Below are positions 1 to 7,310 of a DNA stretch of 20,097 nt, piece by piece; the stretch's first letter is position 1; each line of letters begins with the position of its first letter. The DNA is from an uncultured Pseudomonadota bacterium (GTDB lineage Bacteria; BMS3Abin14). Location: contig CAYVSA010000030.1 in the NCBI GenBank assembly GCA_964454175.1, positions 1 to 20,097 of the forward strand, written 5' to 3'. The notes under the pieces are model-generated. The model made no database searches, was not told where the DNA came from, and saw only the letters and a program-made list of their open reading frames with translations. The position numbers were made by a program, and so were the translations under genes.

Positions 1-1
1 A

Positions 2-140
2 TTTTCCCTTTCCTCTCGAATCAACAACTTGCGCTGCAAGTAATTGATTCGGGCGCCCTTTATTCAGCCGAGCCTTTATATGCTCTGGTTCGTATATACG
101 GTCGAGCAGTATGCGTTGCATGGGATCTTTTAAGGGAAAA
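2..140. repeat. Nested-palindrome element (MITE/REP-like or structured ncRNA), possibly truncated by the window start
   Basis: Outer inverted repeat TTTTCCCTT (2-10)/AAGGGAAAA (132-140) encloses hairpins CGAATCAA-ca-ACTTGC-gct-GCAAGT-aa-TTGATTCG (17-51), GGGCGCCC (51-58), TGCTC..CGTATATACG..GAGCA (81-108) and ATGC-gtt-GCAT (111-121). Confidence 0.55.
19..49. promoter_or_regulatory. Two inverted matches to the IHF consensus WATCAANNNNTTR
   Basis: AATCAACAACTTG at 19-31 (+) and AATCAATTACTTG at 49-37 (-) are both exact consensus matches. Binding is not demonstrated. Confidence 0.4.
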
Positions 141-151
141 ACCTAAACACA

Positions 152-955
152 ATGAGCACTGGATCAGGCCATATGAACAGCGACGAAAGCTCGCTTTCGC
201 TCTACAAGATAGAGCTGGAGAAATTTCAGGGGCCCCTGGACCTCCTTTTACACCTGATCAAGAAAAACGAGCTGGACATCTATGACATCGAGGTCGCAGA
301 GATAACGCGACAGTATCTGGTATATCTGGACATGATGCGCGACCTGAACATGGAGGTGGCCAGTGAGTTTCTGGTAATGGCTTCAACCCTGGTTTACATA
401 AAGTCCAGAATGCTGCTGCCGCCTGCCGACGATGAGGAGGAAGAAGAGCTTGAGGACCCGCGGGAAGAGCTTATCCGGCGCTTGATCGATTACCAACGCT
501 ACAAAACATCGGCCAGGGAGCTGGACGAAAGGCCACGCCTGGAGCGGGATATATTCCTCAGGCCGGAGCTTGAAAATACCGGTACGCCTGAGGACCAGTT
601 CCTTGAAGCATCTCTTTTCCAGCTGATCGACGCGTTCCAGAAGGTTCTGACTCAGGTGGAAAAGAAAAAGCCCCACGAGGTCTTCCGTGAAGCATTTCCC
701 CTGGAGGAGGGGATGAAGGCTGTCAAGGCAGCTTTCCGGGACAGGAAAAGCATAAGGTTTGGGGACCTCTTTTCCGGGAGCGACAGCAGGCACAAGATCG
801 TCACGCTTTTCATAGCAGTACTTGAACTGATCAAGAAAGGGCAAATGAGCGCGGTACAGAAGGGGTTCGGCGAGCCGCTGCGCCTGATCGCCGATGATAT
901 TGACAGTGATAAGCATCCGTCCGCAGCAGGGGGGAAAGTCGACCATGAAAAATGA
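152..955 (+). CDS. scpA: Segregation and condensation protein A (SMC kleisin); true start may be ATG 173
   Basis: N-terminal FQGPLDLLLHLIKKNELDIYDI, SEFLVMASTLVYIKSRMLLP, DPREELIRRLIDYQRYK and C-terminal IVTLFIAVLELIK are ScpA signatures; scpB follows directly. Confidence 0.96.
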   Translation: MSTGSGHMNSDESSLSLYKIELEKFQGPLDLLLHLIKKNELDIYDIEVAEITRQYLVYLDMMRDLNMEVASEFLVMASTLVYIKSRMLLPPADDEEEEELEDPREELIRRLIDYQRYKTSARELDERPRLERDIFLRPELENTGTPEDQFLEASLFQLIDAFQKVLTQVEKKKPHEVFREAFPLEEGMKAVKAAFRDRKSIRFGDLFSGSDSRHKIVTLFIAVLELIKKGQMSAVQKGFGEPLRLIADDIDSDKHPSAAGGKVDHEK

Positions 956-1529
956 CAGGAACAAAGCGCTTATCGAAGCGCTGATATTTGCCTCACCTCG
1001 ACCTCTGAGCACCGAAATGATTCAGGAGGTGACCGGTGTTAACAGGGACAAGATCCTGGAAGGGATCCAGTACCTTTCGGCAGATTATGAGGAGAGCATG
1101 AGAGGGTTTTACCTCGAGGAAATAGCCGGCGGCTACCAGATCAGAACCAGGCCGGAATTTGCCGTACAGGTGGGCAAGCTTTTTCTCGCCCGCGCAAAAA
1201 GGCGTTTTTCCATATCCAGCCTGGAAGCTCTTTCCATTATCGCCTACCGTCAGCCGGTTCTGAGGTCTGAGATCGAGAACATAAGGGGCGTTGACAGCGG
1301 AGGCGTCCTCAAGACCCTGCTTACACAGGGCATGGTAAGGGTCCTGGGAAGGAAAAACGCTCCGGGGCGCCCTATCCTGTATGGCACATCAACGGAGTTC
1401 CTGGAGTATTTCGGGCTCAGAGATATAGAGTCCCTGCCAACCCTGCAGGAGGTTGTTGAACTAGAGCCAACCGACGAGGTTGGCGGTGATAAAGTTCCTT
1501 TGCCGGAAGAGCCTGTCGAACTTGAGTAA
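945..1529 (+). CDS. scpB: SMC-Scp complex subunit ScpB
   Basis: IEALIFAS, AGGYQIRTRPE, LEALSIIAYRQP, IENIRGV, PGRPILYGTSTEFLEYFGL. Start moved from 894 to ATG 945 (MKNDRNKA), preceded by a G-rich SD-like stretch and overlapping the scpA end. Confidence 0.96.
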   Translation: MKNDRNKALIEALIFASPRPLSTEMIQEVTGVNRDKILEGIQYLSADYEESMRGFYLEEIAGGYQIRTRPEFAVQVGKLFLARAKRRFSISSLEALSIIAYRQPVLRSEIENIRGVDSGGVLKTLLTQGMVRVLGRKNAPGRPILYGTSTEFLEYFGLRDIESLPTLQEVVELEPTDEVGGDKVPLPEEPVELE

Positions 1530-1532
1530 CCG

Positions 1533-2276
1533 ATGAAAAAGACCCGACTGCACAAAGCTATAGCAGAGACCGGGGCAGCTTCCAGAAGGAAGGCGGAGGT
1601 TCTCATCTCCGAGGGAAGGGTCAGTGTTAATAACACACCGGTAACGCAGATGGGGATCATGGTGGACCCTGCTGTTGATATGATCGCCATCGACGGAGTG
1701 CCCATATCCGGGCCGACTGAAAAGCGCACTTATCTGCTCAACAAGCCTGCGAAGGTGATCTGTACCAGAAGTGACCCCCAGGAACGTAAAACCGTCTACG
1801 ACCTGATGTCAGGGGACGTCAGGGAGGGCCTCCACACGGCTGGCCGTCTGGACTACGATGCCGAGGGGCTTATTATCCTCACGAACGACGGTGATCTGAC
1901 TTACCGCCTGACGCACCCAAAGAGCCATGTCCCAAAGACCTATATGGTGAAATTGAGGAAAAGTCTTCGCCCGACTGAAATCAGAAAATTAAAAAAAGGC
2001 GTGCTGATAGACGGAATCAGGACCCTCCCTGCGGATATAATCGATGTTCCCGCCGGCGGCAGGAAAGAGCACTGGTACAGGGTCGTCCTCCGTGAGGGCA
2101 GGAAAAACCAGCTCAAACGTATGGCGCAAGCCGTTGACAACACCGTCCAGAGGATCATCAGGATCAAGATCGGGTCTATTGCTTTGCCCGAACGGATGAG
2201 GCCCGGCACTTACCGCCGCCTGAAAAATCAGGAGATCAAAGCGCTGAAGGGACGGGTAAGACCTCATAAAGATTGA
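1533..2276 (+). CDS. rluB: 23S rRNA pseudouridine synthase, RsuA/RluB family
   Basis: N-terminal S4 domain (RLHKAIAETGAASRRKAEVLISEGRV), LLNKP, catalytic GRLDYD, LREGRKNQLKRM; classic scpA-scpB-rluB synteny. Confidence 0.9.
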   Translation: MKKTRLHKAIAETGAASRRKAEVLISEGRVSVNNTPVTQMGIMVDPAVDMIAIDGVPISGPTEKRTYLLNKPAKVICTRSDPQERKTVYDLMSGDVREGLHTAGRLDYDAEGLIILTNDGDLTYRLTHPKSHVPKTYMVKLRKSLRPTEIRKLKKGVLIDGIRTLPADIIDVPAGGRKEHWYRVVLREGRKNQLKRMAQAVDNTVQRIIRIKIGSIALPERMRPGTYRRLKNQEIKALKGRVRPHKD

Positions 2277-2300
2277 CATTAAAACATCGTTTGGTAGAAT
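2273..2300 (+). promoter_or_regulatory. Sigma70-type promoter for the hydrogenase operon
   Basis: TTGACA (2273-2278), 16-nt spacer, TAGAAT (2295-2300) with an extended -10 TG at 2292-2293; SD AAGGAGG at 2326-2332 precedes TTG 2340. Confidence 0.75.
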
Positions 2301-2339
2301 CCACTAAACTCGTTTTTATCAGGGAAAGGAGGTTTTACC

Positions 2340-3401
2340 TTGTTAAGTTCATTTCGGAACATTAGCAGGCGCGATTTTCTGAAATTCTGCGCCGGTACTG
2401 CTACCCTGCTGGGCCTCTCTGAGGCAGCGGTTCCAGGGGTGGCCAGGGCTCTTGGCGACGCCGCTAAAAAACCGCCCGTTATCTGGCTGGAGGGCCAGGA
2501 CTGTGCCGGATGCAGTGTTTCCTTCATCAACTCTTCCAACCCCGGGACAGCCGAGATCGTTCTTGATACCGTATCACTCAGGTATCACGAGACGCTCATG
2601 GCTGCTTCAGGCCATGTGGCCGAAAACGCCCTGCACGAAACGATTGAGGAGGGCGGATACGTCCTGATCGTAGAGGGTTCGATCCCGGAGGCTGACGACA
2701 GGTTCTGCACCGTGGCCGACGTTCCCTTCGTCAAGACGCTCAAGAAAGCTACTGCCAACGCTGCGGCTGTCATCGCCATCGGCGCCTGTGCCACCTACGG
2801 CGGCATTCCGAGAGGCACTCCCAGTAAGGGGCAGGGGGTTGGCTGGGCGATGGAGAACGGACACATCCCCAAAAAACCTCTGATCAACGTCAGCACCTGC
2901 CCGGTTCATCCTGAGCATCTGGTGGGAACCATAGTGTATTACCTGCTCTTTGCCAAAGCCCCGCCCATGGACAATGTCGGGCGGCCATTGATGTTCTTCG
3001 ACAAGCTCATTCACGATAACTGCGAGCGCCGCGGTCACTTCGACAATGGTGAATTCCTGCAGGATTACAACAGCTTTGAACAGCGCAACTGGTGCCTCTA
3101 CCTGAAGGGGTGCAAAGGGCCCTTTACACATTCGGACTGCCCGAAGCGACGCTGGAACGACGGCCTGAACTGGTGCATTGGGTGCGGAGCTGGCTGCCAG
3201 GGATGCGCCGAGCCGGAGTTCTACACAGGGATGTCTCCGCTTTACGCTAAAACCAAGGACATCGCAGGCGTAAAGATCGAAACTGTCGGTGCAGTACTTG
3301 CCGGTGCAACCGCAGTGGGACTGGCTGGGCACTTCATAGGCCAGGCCGCTACAGGGCGTCTCGGAAAGGGAGGTCCACCTGAGGAAGGGGGTGAGAGCTG
3401 A
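2340..3401 (+). CDS. Group 1 [NiFe] hydrogenase small subunit, Tat-exported and membrane-anchored
   Basis: Twin-arginine signal SRRDFLK; proximal cluster WLEGQDCAGC, GACATYGG, CPVHP; distal HDNC..WCLYLKGCKGP; medial DCP..NWCIGCGAGCQGCAEP; C-terminal hydrophobic anchor containing His (VGAVLAGATAVGLAGH). TTG start with strong SD. Confidence 0.96.
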   Translation: MLSSFRNISRRDFLKFCAGTATLLGLSEAAVPGVARALGDAAKKPPVIWLEGQDCAGCSVSFINSSNPGTAEIVLDTVSLRYHETLMAASGHVAENALHETIEEGGYVLIVEGSIPEADDRFCTVADVPFVKTLKKATANAAAVIAIGACATYGGIPRGTPSKGQGVGWAMENGHIPKKPLINVSTCPVHPEHLVGTIVYYLLFAKAPPMDNVGRPLMFFDKLIHDNCERRGHFDNGEFLQDYNSFEQRNWCLYLKGCKGPFTHSDCPKRRWNDGLNWCIGCGAGCQGCAEPEFYTGMSPLYAKTKDIAGVKIETVGAVLAGATAVGLAGHFIGQAATGRLGKGGPPEEGGES

Positions 3402-4957
3402 TGGGTCGTCGAATAACAGTTGATCCTGTAACCAGGATAGAAGGCCACCTGAAGATCGAAGTGGAGCTCGAAAACGGAAAAGTCAAGGACGCCTGGAGCA
3501 GCGGCACAATGGCCCGCGGCTTCGAGGCTCTCCTCACAGGTAAAGATCCCAGGGACGCGAGCTTCGTGACAAGCCGTTTTTGCGGAGTGTGCTTTTCGGT
3601 CCACACGATGGCGTCTGCGGCAGCACTGGACGAGGCATTCGGAGCCGAGGTTCCGGACGGCGGACGCATACTGAGAAACCTCATCATGGCATCGGAGTAT
3701 CTTTACGATCATATAATCCACTTCTACCACCTGACTGCTCTTGACTATCTGGACATCATGGCAATAGCTAAATACAACGGCAAGGACAAGGATCTGCTCG
3801 CTGTCAAGGACAAGGTCGTCAGCCTTGTAAAAAGAGGCGACACTTATCCGCTGACTCCCAGGTATGAACCTGACGATTTTTCAGTTGCGGACCCCGAGAT
3901 CGTGACCATGGCAGTCAAGCACTATCTTGACGCCCTGAAGGTCCAGGTTACCGCAAAGAACATGGGCGCTATTCTGGGCGGGCGAACTCCTCACTTCCAG
4001 AGCATTGTCGTGGGTGGAGTAACTCAGGTTCCCTCAGCAGAGCAGCTCGGACGTTTCAGGTCCATGCTCAACGAGGTTACCGCCTTTATAAAGAACGTCT
4101 ACATGAAGGATGTGCTCCTCTTCGGTACAGGGCCTTTATTCCCGCTTGCCAAACTTGGCGTTGGCGGAGGTCACCTGAACTACCTGTCCTACGGGTCGTT
4201 CCCTGAAGATTCATCCGGCAAGGATCTCTTCTTCAAGTCAGGCGTCATCAAGAACGGCAATATTCCCAAGCCAGAGACTTTTGACCAGGAGAAGGTCACC
4301 GAGTCAGTGAAGCACGCATGGTACAAGGAAAACGGCCCTGTCCATCCATTCAAGGGCGAGCAGATATTCGACCTTGACAAGAAGGACGCCTACAGTTTTG
4401 TCAAAGCGCCGCGTTACGACGGAATGCCCATGGAAGTAGGTCCGCTTGCTAGAATGCTCATCATGCAGGAGCCAAACCTCATGGGCCTGGTTAAAAAGGG
4501 CGTGAAACCGGGTGCAGTGGCAAGACATGCCGCCAGGATGCTGGAGACCGTAATGCTTGCCGACCAGATGCAGGTCTGGCTGGGTCAGCTCATAAACCTC
4601 ATGGGCAAGCCGGGCTTTGCGGTACACGACACCGACAACTACGAGCCGCCAGGCTCGGGACAGGGCGCCGGTTACTATGAGGCTCCGCGCGGAGCCCTGG
4701 GACACTGGATAAAGATCAAGGATAAGAAGATCGAGAACTACCAGGCCGTAGTGCCCTCCACCTGGAACGCTTCACCCAGGGATGAGAAGGGCCAGAGGGG
4801 TCAGTACGAAGAGTCCCTGATCGGCACACCGGTTCCCGACCCAGAAAACCCCATCAACATCGTCAGGGTGATACGATCCTTCGATCCGTGCCTCGCCTGT
4901 GCTGTCCACATCATTCATCCGAGGACCAACGAGATCCTGAAGTTCAGGATCGAGTAG
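3401..4957 (+). CDS. Group 1 [NiFe] hydrogenase large subunit
   Basis: DPVTRIEGHLKI, L1 motif RFCGVC, HFYHLTALDY, EAPRGALGHW, VVPSTWNASP, L2 motif DPCLACAVH followed by a 15-residue cleavable tail; the start overlaps the small-subunit stop (TGATG). Confidence 0.97.
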   Translation: MGRRITVDPVTRIEGHLKIEVELENGKVKDAWSSGTMARGFEALLTGKDPRDASFVTSRFCGVCFSVHTMASAAALDEAFGAEVPDGGRILRNLIMASEYLYDHIIHFYHLTALDYLDIMAIAKYNGKDKDLLAVKDKVVSLVKRGDTYPLTPRYEPDDFSVADPEIVTMAVKHYLDALKVQVTAKNMGAILGGRTPHFQSIVVGGVTQVPSAEQLGRFRSMLNEVTAFIKNVYMKDVLLFGTGPLFPLAKLGVGGGHLNYLSYGSFPEDSSGKDLFFKSGVIKNGNIPKPETFDQEKVTESVKHAWYKENGPVHPFKGEQIFDLDKKDAYSFVKAPRYDGMPMEVGPLARMLIMQEPNLMGLVKKGVKPGAVARHAARMLETVMLADQMQVWLGQLINLMGKPGFAVHDTDNYEPPGSGQGAGYYEAPRGALGHWIKIKDKKIENYQAVVPSTWNASPRDEKGQRGQYEESLIGTPVPDPENPINIVRVIRSFDPCLACAVHIIHPRTNEILKFRIE

Positions 4958-4972
4958 GAAGGGGGCTGACTG

Positions 4973-5584
4973 ATGGCGTATACGAAGGAACACCATCCGA
5001 TACCTGCCAGGGTAATGCACCAGGTCAACATGCTATCCATGATCGTCCTCGCTGCGACAGGATTCTTCATCCACAAGCCGAATTTTCCACTGTTAGGCAT
5101 GTCCATGGCGTGGGCAAGAACCCTGCATTTCTGGGCAATGTTCATCGTTGTGCTGAACCTTGTTGTACGGTTTTACTGGGCACTATTCGGTACAAATGGC
5201 GATATCAGGGAATTTCTCCCCCAGAAGGAGAACAGGGGAACACTCTTTTCGCTCCTGGCGTACTACACATTCATGAGGAAGACGCACCCCGCGACTGCCA
5301 AGTACAACACCCTGCAGAAATCAACCTATAGTTTATGGTTCTTTCTGCTGATATTCCAGGCTATCACAGGTTTTGCCATGTACTGGAAGGGCAGCGCGCT
5401 TTTTGCACCTGTGATAGGGGCAGCGGGCGGACTACTGAATCTTCACGTCGTACATTATCTCACCATGTGGGTGTTTGTGGTCACAACAATGGTCCATGTG
5501 TATCTTGTACTCTTCGAGGATTTCAAGTCCTTCAAACTGATGATACTCGGCGTGGAATCTGAAGGAGCCCACCATCATCATTAA
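4973..5584 (+). CDS. Ni/Fe-hydrogenase b-type cytochrome subunit (HyaC/HupC/CybH-like)
   Basis: Four hydrophobic segments with heme-ligand His pattern (RVMHQVN, TGFFIH, RTLHFW, VVHYL, MVHVY) and KYNTLQK motif; directly after the large subunit. Confidence 0.92.
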   Translation: MAYTKEHHPIPARVMHQVNMLSMIVLAATGFFIHKPNFPLLGMSMAWARTLHFWAMFIVVLNLVVRFYWALFGTNGDIREFLPQKENRGTLFSLLAYYTFMRKTHPATAKYNTLQKSTYSLWFFLLIFQAITGFAMYWKGSALFAPVIGAAGGLLNLHVVHYLTMWVFVVTTMVHVYLVLFEDFKSFKLMILGVESEGAHHHH

Positions 5585-5608
5585 CTTTTGTGGTGGCGTG
5601 AAAAGGAG

Positions 5609-6160
5609 ATGGAAAAAGAAGAAACCGTAAAGAAGACCATGATCCTGGGAGTGGGAAACCTCCTCCTCAGGGACGAGGGCGTGGGAGTCCATATCGCCAC
5701 GCATTTGAAAACCGTTCCCCTCCCGGACCACATCGAAGTCATAGAAGGTGGCACAGACGGCTTCAAACTTTTTCATCTGATACTGGGCACTGACAGGCTC
5801 ATCGTCGTGGATTGCGTTAAGGGCGGCGGTGAGCCTGCATCTCTTTACAGATTTGACATAGACGAGTACAAGCACTTCCCGGATACTTACAAGACATCAG
5901 TCCACCAGATAAGCATTGATGAAGTCGTAACTCTCTCGGGAACCATGGGAGATCCCCCGAGGACAACTTTCGTTGGTGTTGAACCGGCCCAGATCTCCAT
6001 GTCAATGGATCTGTCCCCCGAGATCGAAAAAAAGATGCCAAGGATCCTGGAAACCGTACTGGAGACGGCGGGCCTTGATCCTGCCGAATACAGCGAATAC
6101 CTGACGGGCCCATACGTAAAACCAGGCCCGCCGGATCACACCCGGTCCCAGGCTACCTGA
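5609..6160 (+). CDS. Hydrogenase maturation endopeptidase (HyaD/HybD family); start uncertain (5588/5609/5639)
   Basis: ILGVGNLLLRDEGVGVH, IEGGTDG, LIVVD, SVHQI, VGVEP are peptidase A31 motifs. Confidence 0.93.
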   Translation: MEKEETVKKTMILGVGNLLLRDEGVGVHIATHLKTVPLPDHIEVIEGGTDGFKLFHLILGTDRLIVVDCVKGGGEPASLYRFDIDEYKHFPDTYKTSVHQISIDEVVTLSGTMGDPPRTTFVGVEPAQISMSMDLSPEIEKKMPRILETVLETAGLDPAEYSEYLTGPYVKPGPPDHTRSQAT

Positions 6161-6177
6161 ATCCAGAGGAACCCGTA

Positions 6178-6522
6178 ATGCACGAACTCTCCATTGCCAT
6201 GGAGATCCTCCACATTGTCGTTAAGACTGCGGGGGAAAACGGTTCAACAAGTGTAAAAACCATCAACCTGAAGGTCGGCGATCTTTCCGGTGTCGAGGTC
6301 GATTCGCTCTCTTTTTCCTTCGACGCGATAAAGGGCGAGAATGAGGTCACCGGTGGTTCTGAGCTGGTCATAAAGAAGGTCCCTGTGGTGGTCAGATGTG
6401 CGGACTGTGATGATGAATTTGAAACGAATGAACGCTTCCTTGCCTGTCCCGCGTGTACGGGCTTCGACACTCTAATGCTCCAGGGCGACGAACTGTCGAT
6501 AACCGATATTGAAGTCGAGTAA
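6178..6522 (+). CDS. hypA: Hydrogenase nickel metallochaperone HypA
   Basis: N-terminal MHELSIA Ni site, VGDLSGVE, two CxxC Zn motifs (CADC, CPAC), GDELSITDIEVE; SD-like GAGG upstream. Confidence 0.97.
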   Translation: MHELSIAMEILHIVVKTAGENGSTSVKTINLKVGDLSGVEVDSLSFSFDAIKGENEVTGGSELVIKKVPVVVRCADCDDEFETNERFLACPACTGFDTLMLQGDELSITDIEVE

Positions 6523-6535
6523 GTGGTTTAGAACC

Positions 6536-6609
6536 GGTTCCATGTTCCAGGTTTCAAGTTCCAGGTCATATTGGGCGATCATACAGCTTGAAACCAGAGA
6601 CTTGAAACT
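6536..6609. repeat. Inverted heptamer tandem array (copy 1)
   Basis: GGTTCCA TGTTCCA GGTTTCA AGTTCCA (6536-6563), spacer, then reverse-oriented TGAAACC AGAGACT TGAAACT (6589-6609); GGTTTCAAG (6550-6558) can pair with CTTGAAACC (6587-6595). Confidence 0.75.
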
Positions 6610-6618
6610 GTTACAGGG

Positions 6619-7290
6619 ATGAAAATGACGAACATCAAACTTGAGCAAAAAGTTCTGTCGCGTAACGATCTGATCGCAGCACAGGTGCGTGAGATCTTTT
6701 GTTCCAACGGAATTGCTGTTTTCAATATGGTGAGCTCACCCGGTTCTGGCAAGACATCACTCCTGGAGGCGACACTCAGGACTCTGGCGGCAGATCTTTC
6801 AATAGGAGTCATCGAAGGGGACATCCAAACCAGCAACGATGCCGAGCGGATCGCTAAAACAGGCGTTCCTGTACACCAGATAAATACGGGCGGCGCATGC
6901 CATCTCGAGGCCGCTATGATCATGGACGCCCTTGAAAATTTTGATCTGGAGGGTACCGACCTTATGATTATCGAAAATGTGGGCAACCTTGTGTGTCCGT
7001 CAGCTTTCGATCTTGGGGAGGGTGCAAGAGTCGTACTCGTCAGCGTCACGGAAGGCGACGACAAACCCTTGAAATACCCGGCCATGTTCCACTCTTCGGA
7101 CATTCTGGTGATAAACAAGACGGACCTTCTTCCCTATACTGATTTTTCAGTGGAAGTGGTTGTTCACAACTCCAGGTCCCTCAAACCGGACCTGAAGATC
7201 CTGAAAACCTCCTGCAGAACAGGAGACGGACTCCCCGAGTGGATGGACTGGGTCCGGGAGTTTGTGGCTGATTCTCGGCAGAATAGTTAA
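6619..7290 (+). CDS. hypB: Hydrogenase nickel incorporation GTPase HypB
   Basis: P-loop SSPGSGKTSLLE, GVIEGD, INTGGACHL, IENVGNLVCP, EGDDKPLKYP, NKTD. Confidence 0.97.
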   Translation: MKMTNIKLEQKVLSRNDLIAAQVREIFCSNGIAVFNMVSSPGSGKTSLLEATLRTLAADLSIGVIEGDIQTSNDAERIAKTGVPVHQINTGGACHLEAAMIMDALENFDLEGTDLMIIENVGNLVCPSAFDLGEGARVVLVSVTEGDDKPLKYPAMFHSSDILVINKTDLLPYTDFSVEVVVHNSRSLKPDLKILKTSCRTGDGLPEWMDWVREFVADSRQNS

Positions 7291-7310
7291 CAGTTCCCGA
7301 AAAAAGTCCC

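Noticed and set aside
1..151. 6S RNA or tRNA at the window start
   Set aside because: Multi-branched rather than a rod with a central bubble; no T-loop/D-loop consensus or cloverleaf dimensions. An Rfam scan would be needed for full exclusion.
2490..2520. O2-tolerant [4Fe-3S] proximal cluster
   Set aside because: The motif is CAGC rather than CxCC, so the supernumerary Cys is absent.
4883..4909. Possible [NiFeSe] hydrogenase (selenocysteine in L2)
   Set aside because: The codon is TGC (DPCLAC) and the frame is open without recoding.
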